Origin: Phoronis australis
Lineage: Eukaryota > Animalia > Phoronida
Length of the DNA: 64,000 bases
Assembly: GCA_002633005.1 (NCBI GenBank)
Contig: NMRA01000061.1
Span: 448,957 to 512,956 of the forward strand
Direction: 5' to 3'
Shown: positions 13,761-26,511 of the stretch, piece after piece
Position numbering within the stretch: position 1 is the stretch's first letter
Layout of the letters: each line of letters begins with the position of its first letter
Position numbers and translations under genes: made by a program
The notes under the pieces: model-generated
Seen by the model: only the letters and a program-made list of their open reading frames with translations
The model's database searches: none
What the model was told of the DNA's origin: nothing

Positions 13761-16700
13761 CCCATACTAGTGAACAACAAGCCCATGGTATAAATTTCAA
13801 GCCCCCCTCCCGAACTCCACACTCGCGGCGAAAATAGTCCATACCCAGCGACCAAACTCCATAGGTATCCCGGTACCAAACTTCTGTCTCGGGGACCATA
13901 TTTCTCGCTGAGTGGAGTTTAGACCCTGGGTACAGAGTGTAGGGTTACCTCGTATGAGTTTAGTAGCGAGACCCTTGAATTTGAACCACGAGATTCGTGT
14001 TTGCTGGGGTACAGGGAGTCGTAGCTGGACGTTAGAAACGCGATTACGAAATCGTTCCCACCCCCTGCGAAATGTTCTCACGACTTCGAGCACGTGAGTT
14101 ATAGCAGGATCATCACCTAATCAAGATATTTGGTCGTTCTTAAGACTCCTTGAAGACGTGGTAAGTATTTTTGTGGACTAGAGTGTTCATTTCTTTTCAT
14201 GCGCTGGTTTACCATGAGCAGTGTTCTTTTTGGGGAGAGAGGGGAGGCCGCTGATTAGAAATAAAAAAATTCGTATTGGGGGCATACATGCATATGTTAG
14301 TGTTCCGAGAACTTTGGTGAGTACCGCCTTACAACGTCCTAGAGCCGTCATCAATACTGATTTTCGATCACAGTAACATATAAAATACACAAAACAACAT
14401 CTCAACAACTCAAAACCCTTACTGTCTGTGTACTTCATTTAGTTCACAACTTGTCCTTTCAAAGAGCCCAGTGTTCAAACAGTTTAGTTTCTCTGCAAAT
14501 CCTTTTTACCTCCTTACCTTACAACTATTTCAAAAATGAAATCGGTTTTAGCCGTCTCCATACACCTGCAATCATTTTCCAAAAACAGTCACTCATCCGC
14601 CACTTGTAAGTCATCGAATCCCCGCAGGAGGAGAACACCTCAGGTCAAAATTAATTATTATGTCTTAATGTGAAGAAGGTTTTTGACAATCAATATTAAG
14701 TGTAGAAATAGAGTGATGTAATATTGTCATGGCCTTACAAGGGGGACCAATGAAACGAAGAGCCTAGTGTAGGGTGGAGGCCATCTTTCATCCAACTGCC
14801 AACAATTCTGAAGGAAAATGAACTACTCAACTTTATGATTATCAAATCCTTTCTTTTTGAATACGGAAGAACACGGTCTTCAGGTATTAATTTTCTGTTT
14901 GTGGATAATATGAGGGTTGCCAAGACACAAAAGAAACACAGGTATACTACATTTACCAAAGGCTAGATTTAGCAATATAAAACAAATCGAAATCTCAGAC
15001 TGTTAAGCAAAGACTACATGAAGCAACATCAGCATAATCAGATATTCCACTGTTAAGCAATTGTTTGCTAGTTACTGTACCTAATATTTGATGAGTTAAC
15101 CAAAACTGGAACCACCGAAGTTGGACGTCAGAAGCGAAATTTACAGACAAAATACGTGCATCTTTCACAATTCATGAGAAGGTACTACTTTCAGACATTT
15201 TTCCCAACTGTCTTCATGAATGTACATTTTTGATGAAAAACAATTTGTCTTCATTAGAGTAGACAGCATTGCTCCCTAACCAACGTAACTGGGCGTTGTC
15301 ATTGACCAAGTTTTATATCTAATAAATACTAACTCTGTTACACCCATTTTTCTTATCAAATTTGAGTCTATTGGATGGATCCGATCAAAAATCTGAAGGA
15401 ATCTGAAACATGGTGTCTGAAAAGGGTTTTACAAGTTACATGTAGGTGTAATCTGATTTATTCAACCACGGACTTCCCCGAAGCCGTCACATTTTTCACA
15501 CAATGCAGTTAATACAACCAAGGACTTGACACTACGGAAACAACGAATTGTGGTGTTACTGTACGCCATGGCTCGTAACGTATTAGCAAACTATTTTGAA
15601 CGTGGGGGTAAGTAAGTTCTAAGATATCGTAGTGCATACATGCAAGTTTAATGAGCACACATTCGATGTCATTTTTCTTCCTTAAAGTATGCTCATGGAG
15701 TGTTTCGTAGATTTGCGTAAGGAATCAAAAAAGTAATAGGAGCAAACATAATCAACTCAAATCACACAGCACATAATTTGAATAACGCCCTGAATTTACT
15801 CCGGGCTTACCCTAAATCAGGCAAAGAGAATCGAGGACTAAATTAGTCAAATGTAAATCAACGAATGGTGGATTCTCTATGCCTAATATAAGCACGGTGT
15901 GTGTGATGGTCTCTATGACACTGAAGTGATCGTCCATACGATGTGTAAGTGAGTGTTCCTCCTATCCAAGTTGGTGGTTGTATCATTGACGGACTACACG
16001 TCGCTGTCAGTACCAGCCAGATACGCAATATTCCAAAAAAAAAATACATAACACGTGCATTCGATATCCGATGACATTGTTCCTTTTGAAAATGTTACAA
16101 ACCTTTAGAAGTTATAGTTGTGGCAACTTAGGTTGGACCATGGGTGAACATTATGAAATTTTCGGAATATAGAACCGTACGGGTTGTTATTGTTACACCA
16201 CCGTCATCACGATTTGTCTCTATTTCAGGCTTGTAAAGAGAGATGTAAGTAAAAACGTCGGACTTTTAATTGGTTGTCTTGCTAAATACATTTTTGGATT
16301 AAGTTCATTATCGACCCACAAATCCAGCACCGACAGTGCAAGGAAGGGACAATATCATTCGAACGTTTCCCGATTACTTTTGAATGGGAAAGGCTTCTTG
16401 ATTAATTGTTACAACTTTGACCAGAGTTATAAAACAATAAAATCCGTTGCATTTTTGCGATTTTATTACAAACCACCCTGTGTTGTCTTTCAGTAATTCG
16501 TTGGAAATCACGGCCGGTGACTAACAGTTACATAAGAAATTTTACCGTATTCCATAGGTGGTTTTAGCCAAGTCAGCATAGCGCCGTCGGGCTAGCTGCG
16601 ACGCAAGAGTTTTAGGTTCCAAGATGGGGATGGTCTCAGAAAATATTTTTTCTCTTTTGTTTACAATACTAAATCATTTCCCAAGGTGCAATCGACTCAC

Positions 16701-19219
16701 AAACGACTCACAGGGATCATGATAATTAGGATTGGGGTTTAGCATTTTGGAACTTGTCCAACAATATGATCGTAAGAATTTTAATTCAAGTATAATAAAC
16801 CAGTGTAATCAAACACTGGTTTATTATACTTGATTTCGAACAATGCCAAAAATCTTGAACAAATGAGCATTCTCAATTCAAATGTAAAATTGCTTCTGCA
16901 TGTTGTTAAGAGCGGAATGAGCACTTAGATGACTAGTGACGGGCGAACACAATTCATGAAATAACAGTTTGTGCTGGTTGATCCGTCATCAATGCAACAT
17001 TAAAGGCACCTGAATCTAACACATGAAGAGCAAATTAAAATGAGTTATATTATGAACTTTTCCAAAGAGCTGCACTAGGTTTGAATGATTTCCCAGCTCC
17101 ACCTTGTAAACCAGATAAGACATGCCACTGGTCAGTAAGCCACAAGTCGTCATCGAGGAACAATCAGATGTCTTCTCCGATGATCCAGGCGGAACCGGCC
17201 AAATGAATCGAGTGTAGCCGTTGTGTATCGTCAACCCAATTCTCTGTCTTTTTGGTTTAGTAAGTGCAAAGATGTTCTCCTGCATGGTTACCTCATTAGC
17301 CACAAATATTCTCAGCACATGTGTGTTTTGTACATGGTGTTCGGCGATGTGGAACATAAAACGTTTATTCCACCATCCCCCTCCATTTTGGGAATGTTCT
17401 GATGAGTACGAGTCCATCCTGTTCGTCTCGCTGGTTCCCTGAATGTCGCTACGTGGTATAGAACACACGTAGATATCACTTAATTTCCCTCGGAGTTTCT
17501 GATTGGCTGGTCGAATTCTCAACAGGTAGCGCTTTACGCAAACAAACTCGCAAGACTGATGGAGGAACTGTAAATGCGGTCTGTTGTACACACAAATCGG
17601 AGCTTAATTCATGGTCAAGAAATGTGAATCCCAAAAAATTGTAGTTGCGCCTTTTCGAAGTGCATCTTTCTACTATCGCTGACTTTTATTTACGTTGCTG
17701 TCTTGTATTCATACAGTATAAATAACGCACCAGTTAAATCGGCCAGATGCCAGTGTGTTTATTGTACATGTATGTGCTTCCAGCACGCGGCAGAAAGGAA
17801 ATAGTTGATGCTACGCTACTTGCAAGACAAGGCTAAAATCGTTCATAAACCGCCATTTACTCTCTTTGTTGTAAAGCTAACCAATGACTGCAGAGGTTAC
17901 ATCAACCAGCGATAAAGCGCGTGCTACTGAATGATACTTGCGTGTGATCTCTACACGCAGAGAACCAGCGAGAGGCCGAGCTTCCCATCACATGGCCAAG
18001 TGACGAAGTTCGCTTTCTTGACTAATAGCCAATAAACAAACTGAAGGTAACATGAGCTAACTAACTGCACTTCACTATTTAGATGACCGATGCGGAACAA
18101 GAAGCCCTGGAGAACGCTGACGAGGACCTAAAGGAAATTGTGCTGAGAGACCTGCAAAATGCGGAAGGTAAACATTCATATGAACAATATTTCCTAGGTA
18201 TTTAGCAGCAAAAATGAACGTAAGCCACTTAACTCATAAAAATCGGTCTTACGATGTACTTGATCCGTACCAACAAGAACATCGAGAGCATCGGCCGGAT
18301 TCACCTGAGTAAAACACTCAAGAGATTTTTGGGGCTGGCCATACAACTCCAAAAAATCACCGCGACTTTTAAAACGGCGCAAATGCGGCATACAGAGTGT
18401 CCCGAAAATATACTTACACTTCAAATGACAACAACAGCACTATTTATTGTCTTTGGGAACGAGATTACTTGTCTGAAGAGGTGACCAAAAACCGTAGTTT
18501 TAATTTCCAAAAGTGCGCAAAAAAATCCGTTCTCAATACCTGAATCCTTCGTCTGCCATTTGAGTGCACGCAGGCATTGTACTGAAAGGTGTGCATTTTT
18601 AGAACTGACACCATTCACTACAACTAGGCAGTTCAATTTCAGTATTGTGGATTCGACTATGCGCCTACGGTGAGCCTACGATGTGGTTGATTACAATTTA
18701 TTATCGAAGCAAGTGCCTATGGTAATGTCAAGCCAGCAAACGTTGTTTGGGAGAAGTTAACGAAAAATTATTACACAATCGGATATCGGAAACTCAAAAA
18801 TTCCAAGGAAATGCAGACAATGCACCTCATTCCAAGTTAATAAACAATGAATTCATTTCGGTAGACTAAAGTCATTTTTGACCAACCCCTTATCATGAAT
18901 TTAAACCAGCGATCTTGTTCATCAGTCAACCAACAACGCCGTTATTTACTATCATTCGAAACGTGAGAATATTTTCGGGACATCCTGTTGAACTTGGTCC
19001 TGAATACATGCATTTACAGTGAAATATAATTTATAAAAAACTGCTTGGCCAATATTCATTGAGTGCACGTTACCAGGCCTGTTGTAGGCCTACCATTTGC
19101 ATAAAATTATTTATGTACAACGAGAAGTTGATGAGTAATATGTATTTTCAGATCAAAAGGTTAACGCGGCAATGGCAAAGGCTTTCGCGAGATACCTGAA
19201 AGAACGCGAAGCCAAGTGA
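13761..19219 (+). CDS. Putative small multi-exon gene of unknown function, 5' end unresolved (possible peptide precursor or pseudogene)
   Basis: Hand-assembled GT-AG exons 13761-13787, 14108-14160, 15072-15181, 16229-16244, 18083-18167 and 19152-19219 are all phase-compatible. Product: ..HTSEQQAHGSSPNQDIWSFLRLLEDVLLYLIFDELTKTGTTEVGRQKRNLQTKYVHLSQFMRRLVKRDMTDAEQEALENADEDLKEIVLRDLQNAEDQKVNAAMAKAFARYLKEREAK*. The last three exons have good splice signals (CTAAC branch site before 18083); the earlier ones are weaker. Confidence 0.45.
16786..16833. repeat. Perfect 21-bp inverted repeat with 6-nt loop
   Basis: tcaagtataataaaccagtgt-aatcaa-acactggtttattatacttga. Confidence 0.9.
17426..17973. mobile_element. 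MITE (~550 bp) with 12-bp TIR; related copies at 6654-6809 and 28841-29037
   Basis: TIR tctcgctggttc / gaaccagcgaga. Both halves have diverged copies elsewhere in the window. Confidence 0.75.
18393..18987. mobile_element. Tc1/mariner-type MITE
   Basis: TA|cagagtgtcccgaaaatat ... atattttcgggacatcctg (17/19 TIR match). TA is present on the left; the right flank reads TT. Confidence 0.6.
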
Positions 19220-19288
19220 TAAAGGCGGTAAGAAAATTCACCCACAACTTATTCGAATGTTTAGTGATGACGCGTCCTGGCAGTTGAA

Positions 19289-19480
19289 CAGTGGCAGATT
19301 TAGAGGGGGACCAAGGGGGCCATACCCCCCAAAAAATTCTCCCAGATTCCATTTGGCAGTTCAGGGGTACGAATGTCCGACGGGCAAAATCTTTGCTAAT
19401 ACTCTGCCCCCCCCCCCCCCCNTATGAAGATATAAATTTAGTTAGGCAATTCTTTCTTCTTTTCATGTAGATCTACACTG
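19289..19480 (+). repeat. Short dispersed G/C-tract repeat (MITE-like); relatives at ~22400-22996 (spanning a gap) and ~5105-5170
   Basis: Shared core aaaattc..cagatt.cattt..cagttc.gggg..cgaatgtc.gacgggca.aatc..gctaa..ctctgccc plus poly-C. Ends cagtggcagattta / tagatctacactg. Confidence 0.65.
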
Positions 19481-22051
19481 TTCTAGCTTCCAATGACGCA
19501 AATAAACAAATGACTGCACTGAGGTGTAATTTTCACAATAAGTACCTTCACGAAAGGTATATTCTGCTTACCCTAACAAAGTCCCTGGTGCCGAAAGCGC
19601 AACCTACTAAGGGGAAGAATTAGTGTGAACGTCAGTTGTTCTGGAACAACTTGATACCCGAGGGAAATTGGCATTAACTTATTCCACATCAGAAGGTAGA
19701 ATAAATTGTTCCAGATAAAGTTGTAATGGAGGTAGGCCCAAGACACAGCGTTATTAAAGTAACAAGGCCAACTAAATTCGAGGGCAGTAACAGCCCCACA
19801 AATAGGATTCATTGGGGACCTCGCAACTTACAATGTATCAATTTTGAAACATTTCACACCAAATCATTATATTGAATGAATCTTGTGTTTCAAATCATGA
19901 TATGAATACTTTTTTATTTTCGTGACTATTGTCACATTTAGTGATCAATGGTTGGTTCATTGAACTATATTAATCACAGACTTTGACACCAGGTGGAAAC
20001 ACTTAAAATACAAAGTCAAATACATTACGAATTTTGAACATAAAATTACTCACATTTCCTGCAAGAAAACTGTTCAAGAATGGACTATATAATTTTCAGT
20101 ACAGCAGTGATCAAAACACAAGAAGCCTATCAGGTTGTCTTAGACACACATCCTTATATGTAAGGTTGCGCCTAGGTGCATATGCCTAAATACGTACATA
20201 CTAGGCGGTAATTATTTCATAATCCAGTATTTTATATAGGCCTACCTAGTATTTCGCAAGCCAAGCGTTTCATAATTGTACAATTTTACGATTCGGTATT
20301 AAATCAAAACAAAACGTTTTTGGAATAATTAAATATGTTTCAAGACAGAGTCCCTGTTTATTTATTTTCTGTTGATTTCACTCGAGACAAGGACTGATAC
20401 TTCAAATCCTGTATCTTCGCATTAACAAACGTTAGAGTATGATGCGCTAGAATTAAATGCCCTTTACTAATTTGACCTCAGACAATAAAGTGACGTAAGA
20501 ACAAAAAACGTCACTGTGACGCATTTTTCATGCCTGCATTTATGAAGACATGTCGCTTCTAAAGTGCTATTGAAATATTAATTTTGCGAAAGATTAATAT
20601 GGGTAAATTTCTAAAAAATCTTCGGGCATGTTTATCATGTCTTTGTTGTCAACTTTTGTGCATGAAGAGTACAGCAGTGGACGAGGACGACGAGATTCTT
20701 GAAAATAAGGCAAGTAAAAATTCATCAAATGAGAAAAAATAGGCCATATAGGCCTACCTCTTGCAATATTTGCGAAAAATGCATAAAATTTTGTTTTCAT
20801 AGTGTACCTATTCGAGCGGAGCTGCGGAAGAGTTTATGTTAAAATAGGAAAATTTGTATGCGTTTTGTTTAATTACTGTACTTGCGTATTTCCGTTCGGC
20901 TGGCCGAGACCACCAAAAAAACTGTTGAGAGTCATCGACGGATTCAATCGCCGAGTTAATGAGTTAAAGACCAGAAATATGATAAGCTATTCAAAGATAA
21001 TTTTAGGTTGCGCTTGATATTAATCTAAAATATACTTGAATGATGGCTATTTCTAGAAGACAGGGCAGGAAAGCAAACCTTTCGAGCAATTTCTAAAAAT
21101 GTTCAACTCATCACGCATGGGAATCCATCAGTTCATTTCGTCCCAATGCTTTTTCTCGTGGGGTTATTCCTCCAACGTGCTTCGACTCTTCGTTAATTTT
21201 TCTCGCAGGAAACTAATCCTTAGTTTTTTGCGCACCGGATTTTATCAGCAATACACGACACAGGTCTCCACGATCTTCACGGCCCCCTGTAACGAAACAT
21301 CGAGCTGATGAAGTCGCCACCCCAGTTTCAGATAACTTTGACTGGAGACCTTTGTAAGGAATCGATGATTTATAACAAAATCATAACAAATTTTACTGAT
21401 AATTTCATGAAGTCAATGCTCTCCAGAATTTAACCCCAAAATATATTTTCCGACAGTAAAACCGACTGTTTCCTTTTAATGTAATGATGAAAATGTTAAC
21501 AAGACAGTCCTATTTTTTTCTTAACTGCTACTTGAGGAACAGTAAAATATTCATGCTAGAATATTATTATATACAAACCATTATCTCCCCATTAGACTAA
21601 TTTGGTTTTCGTGATTTTCTCTCTGTCCTATTTAAAGATATCAAAAAGTCATTAAGTGGACACAGTTATTTTCTGTCGGACCATTTCACCAGTTGCCCAT
21701 ATCAAAATAGACTGCATTACATTTGACTTACCTTTGAATCCACTTGTAGCAAGAGAATGATAACCGGTCAATTTTCTTGAAGCGTTATCCAAACATTAGA
21801 GTGAATCCGATTTCTGTCCCAGATACAGTACAAAACGTGATTGAACTTGTTATGTCAACTAATGAACTGTGGACCGGTGCCATTGTCAGCTGAGACTGGC
21901 GAAAGCACAAATTGCCAAATTGCCGAACTGACTACCACTTTTGGAAACGAAATGGCAGTAGGGACGGTCTTGCGAATGATAAAGACTGCATTCATTCTGA
22001 AGCTAGAAGGGGGGAGGGGTGGCGGAGAGGGACTAGTCCCTTAAATCAGCG

Positions 22052-22059
22052 TGACGTCA
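22052..22059. promoter_or_regulatory. Palindromic CRE (TGACGTCA) about 100 bp upstream of the putative first kinase exon
   Basis: Exact motif next to a G-rich tract. Function is untested and an 8-mer can occur by chance. Confidence 0.3.
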
Positions 22060-22150
22060 TTCCCTGAAACGTATGCCGACTTACCATCCGTGACTCCATT
22101 ATGGATATCCCTCGGTAGGCTGTATTTTTAAAACGGTGCAAAATTCATCG

Positions 22151-25100
22151 ATGAACAACAGCGTTGAGGTAAGCAAGGTGCTTAGGCAAAAAAAAATTTC
22201 ATGTTGTGGAGAATTTAATACTTTCTGCTCAGATCTACGGGAGAGGTTTTCAAGTCAATGCACTCTCTTAACGTCTGTAGACGCCTGAATGAGTCCCGGC
22301 TAGTCCGTAGTAAAAATCGTCATTTGTTCTTAATATCTAAAAGTCAGAAATCTTGAATAAGATCAGAGTTCCTTAAAATTGGTTCAGTTTTTGCTAGGAC
22401 GTTCAAATTTAGGGGGGCAAGGGGCAATGGCCCCTCTAAAATTCACCAAGATTTCATTTGTCAGTTCGGGGTTGCGAATGTCTGACGGGCACAATCCTGG
22501 CTAACGCTCTGCCCTNNNNNNNNNNNNNNNNNNNNNNNNNNNNNNNNNNNNNNNNNNNNNNNNNNNNNNNNNNNNNNNNNNNNNNNNNNNNNNNNNNNNN
22601 NNNNNNNNNNNNNNNNNNNNNNNNNNNNNNNNNNNNNNNNNNNNNNNNNNNNNNNNNNNNNNNNNNNNNNNNNNNNNNNNNNNNNNNNNNNNNNNNNNNN
22701 NNNNNNNNNNNNNNNNNNNNNNNNNNNNNNNNNNNNNNNNNNNNNNNNNNNNNNNNNNNNNNNNNNNNNNNNNNNNNNNNNNNNNNNNNNNNNNNNNNNN
22801 NNNNNNNNNNNNNNNNNNNNNNNNNNNNNNNNNNNNNNNNNNNNNNNNNNNNNNNNNNNNNNNNNNNNNNNNNNNNNNNNNNNNNNNNNNNNNNNNNNNN
22901 NNNNNNNNNNNNNNNNNNNNNNNNNNNNNNNNNNNNNNNNNNNNNNNNNNNNNNNNNCCCCCCCCCCCCCCAACTCAAAATCCTGAATACGCCCCTGGTT
23001 CAGATTATCGAAAAGTGTATAAAAGATCTGATTTTACATAATACACAACAACATTCCTAAAGTCAACCCAAGACCTAAAAACGTATCTAATATACTTTTC
23101 TTGGCATGTCATGCTATGTGTTTCTTTGAAAGATGTTTTCAAACACTGAGGGGCTATAGATCTTATTCACCCAATCGCCATTTTAAAAGTGGGACTCTTT
23201 TTAGTAAAAAAAAAACAATGCATTTGAGACATAAATATTAACGAGGCATGCAAAAAATCACACTTTGCACTGTGATTAAGCGCGAAGTGCATTATTTTTA
23301 AAACCAAAAAAGAGGCTCACTTTTAAAATGTCTACTGTGTGAAAAAGGTGCGTTGACCTGCAACATAGTGGAAACCCCCTTAATTACAATTTTCCAAACA
23401 ATTCCAGTTGTCCACAGAAGCTGTTGCGAACAAATCTACACAAAATGTCGCATTCGACGACATGACAGACAGAAAGAAGTACAGGGTTAGACCTTCAAGT
23501 CTGCCGGTGGTCACAGTGCCGAATGTCTCGATGAAACTCACAGACCTGTCGTTCGACTTCATGCAGCTGCTAAAGCCTGTTGCTCTCATACAGTTCTTTG
23601 TCAGCGGGTTGAAAATGTTCACCGACGCCTTAGAAATGAGATACGCAAATCGCCCCAATCGTCTATTCCGTTCTGTACCGTACGCTTTCCAGAAATTAAG
23701 TTTTCAAGTTTGTCGTCAAGTCGGGATATGCTACGGCGAGTTCTGTTGCGACGTGCGCGGTATTAAATTAAAAATCAAGTATAGAACAATATCGTGCATT
23801 ACCGAAACAAGGATAGCAATTCAGCGATTGGCGGTAAAGGACGGCATAATACAGAGATCAACATCATGCTTCGCCTCTATAGTCCCAAAATTCATAACGC
23901 AGGCGCAATGGATCGTTGTGGGCAGGGCTAAGACTTACCCAGTAAGGAAATTTATGTCATCAAAGCTCCGGCAAGTAAAGTCGTGCGACCCAAATGTATT
24001 GCGAAGAGCGTTTGGGTTTAAATACATTCGAAAACCCAAATCGTGCGTAACGAACATAATCCGTCGACCGCTTGAATTCATGAATATACACGGCACATTT
24101 AAAGCACCCAAACTTCGAAGACGTCACGTGTCGCTGGCGCAAAAACAACAACGCAGGCGAATCCGTTGTTTCAGCATGCCGAGCAGGCATAATCCGAGAG
24201 TGATTGCTCAAGATAGCTTTCGTCAGTTGTCGTCCCACAGACAACCTTCTGTTGGAAACTGGGCCCCTTATTACGCAAGATCACCCATAGCTGTAAAACC
24301 TGACGCAGACATGCCGCAGTCTATTCTTGCTGACGTGAACGAAAATTGGATCAGAAAACTGTTCAGAAAACGGGAGAAAAAGACGGCTTATCTGCCAAAA
24401 AGAGCATTCAGGTAACTTTTTAATTTTCCTTGCTCACTAATTTGAAGTAAACTGAACTTTTGTTGCATGTCTTTTGTTAATTTATGAGTCTCAGAATTCT
24501 GGGTAATCCCAACATTTGAGTCAATAATTGGAGGCAAATAAAAATAGTAGCAACACAAACGATTCTCTAGATAATTGCGATATTCTAACGGATATCAAAC
24601 TCCTCGCACAACACGTAAACAGTTCAGTTTTAGGATGAACAGGTGGTACGAGGAATCATTAAAGAAGTTCCTTAAAACACGCTCCAGGCATCGTGTAAAC
24701 TGGTGTTATGGACCTGCTTCATACGTTCTTAGCAATAGTGGCGCGGTCCCTTCGCAAAATATTGGGGAATCTGAGCCAGCGCATCCAAGTAGCTAAACTG
24801 ACGAATCTAAGTCGGTTCAACGTTTTCTTCTCTTTTTAGATACGATGTAAGAGGAGACAGGGATTACGCCGTGATCGGCGAAGGAATTTCAGGCAAAGTG
24901 TGCCTTGGGACTTTCGTAAATGACGCCACGGGTGTTGAGCAAAAAGCTTGTGTAAAAAATTACGTGCATGAAAACGACGTGAACGCAACAGCTGAGACGG
25001 AATACAGATGTCTACGGGTCCTTGCTCGATACAGATGCGCCCCTAGACCCTTCGGCTTGTATTTGACACCAACGGTTAACGACGAAGCTCCACCGATAGT

Positions 25101-26511
25101 TGGTCTTGTCATGGAACTAATAGACGGTTTTACACTGGCAGATTACATACATCATGTAGACCACCATCTTGAAAATGTGGGCGAGGTATCGCTGCCTATT
25201 CCAGAAATTGTGAAGGTATTGCTAAAAGCCGCAAAAGCAGTTCATCGTGCCCACAGAAGAGATATATTGCTTAATGACATCCACACCGAGAATGTAATGG
25301 TGGAACGACAAACAAACAAAGTGAAATTGATTGATTTTGGACATGCGACCATAAAGAAAGGTTTTCGGTAAGCACATTTGTTAAGAACAAACGCCGCGTC
25401 TCCTTGCATTCTCTCAGTTATCAATGATCGTTGAAAATCCACAGAATTCCCAGAAAAATCTGAAACAAAAATTACAAGTCCAAAATCTTGTGTAGTTTCG
25501 AGTCAAATCAACCAAAAAAGTAAAACGACTAAAAGAAGCAAATACGAAATAAATGGATATTGATATTGTAGCATGTACACTGAAGAGCTTGTACTAACCT
25601 GTAGTTCACTTGATCAACTCAGACATGAAAACCGGACCGTCGGAGAGTCGTTCATGAGGCGTACAAAAAGACTCACAGAAGGATTGGTAAAATTTACAAT
25701 TCTGCCATTGCCATGGATGAAATTTGTTTATATTTCCTATTGCAATAGTAATAATGATGTTCAAGTGGGGGTGCGTTCCATAGACCCAAGCGTCTCACGA
25801 AAACTCAAAATCACGGAATACCACGGGAAAAGCGAATGCTTCTCGCGCTTATTAGCGTTCACTTTCAAAAATAAAAGTAATCAAAGTGATTGCTCGGCGA
25901 GCCCGAGATGCTGAATCATGGGATAAAATTCGCTGTTACCGTTCCACACGCGACGATTTCTTGCCGCAAGTGAAGCGTAAACAGCTTAGATCTAATGAAG
26001 TCACCTCTTGCTTTAGTCCACCTACTGTTATGAAAATGCTCTTAGTTTGTTCCTTATTCAAGACAGGCAATTTCTGGCTTAAGAATTAGCTGACAGTTAG
26101 ATCATTATTATTATGGTTATTTTGTTGTATCAACGTAGCCAAGACACGGGCTTCTTGTAAACGATGCTAGACGCAGTGGTTGTTTTTATTAATAGTGTCT
26201 TTTGGTAGTGCAAGTAACTACTCATAGATGTCTCTTTATTCAGATACGGTAGCAACACATGCGAGCACCTGGCACCCGAGGTTCGCGACGGGGAGTTAAC
26301 ATCCGTGCTCACGGATGTTTATTCGTTTGGAGTTTGCATTATCGACGTTTGTCATGCCTTACGAGAAAAAGCTCCTGCCATTTACAAAGAAGCGATACAC
26401 ACCCTCCTGTTTCTAGGATTGCTGTGCCGGTCGGTTGACAGAAAAAGCCGGCCACAAAACATGCTGCCAATCATAAAGAAAATTGAAGGAGTTTCAAAGA
26501 TGATCACCTGA
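22151..26511 (+). CDS. Atypical (non-RD) eukaryotic-fold protein kinase with long basic N-terminal region
   Basis: Exons 22151-22168 (tentative, MNNSVE|gtaagc), 23408-24411, 24840-25367 and 26244-26511 splice in frame to 605 aa (581 aa if started at ATG 23462). Motifs: IGEGISGKV (Gly loop), ACVK (catalytic Lys), ETEY (helix C), LVMELIDG hinge, LLNDIHTENV (catalytic loop), KLIDFG, HLAPE, TDVYSFG, RP. Confidence 0.85.
22516..22957. other. Assembly gap (N run) inside a repeat
   Basis: Run of n, flanked by repeat sequence and poly-C. Confidence 0.99.

Noticed and set aside
17016-17591. 191-aa minus-strand ORF similar to ORF 28795-29127, suggesting paralogous genes
   Set aside because: The similarity is explained by a non-coding MITE shared in inverted orientation, and the frames diverge.
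22454-23060. Long ORFs in the track spanning this region, and those at 29928-30627
   Set aside because: Artefacts of N runs.
23380-24244. Antisense ORFs over the kinase exon (similar ones overlap PEX6 exons)
   Set aside because: Shadow ORFs of real coding sequence.
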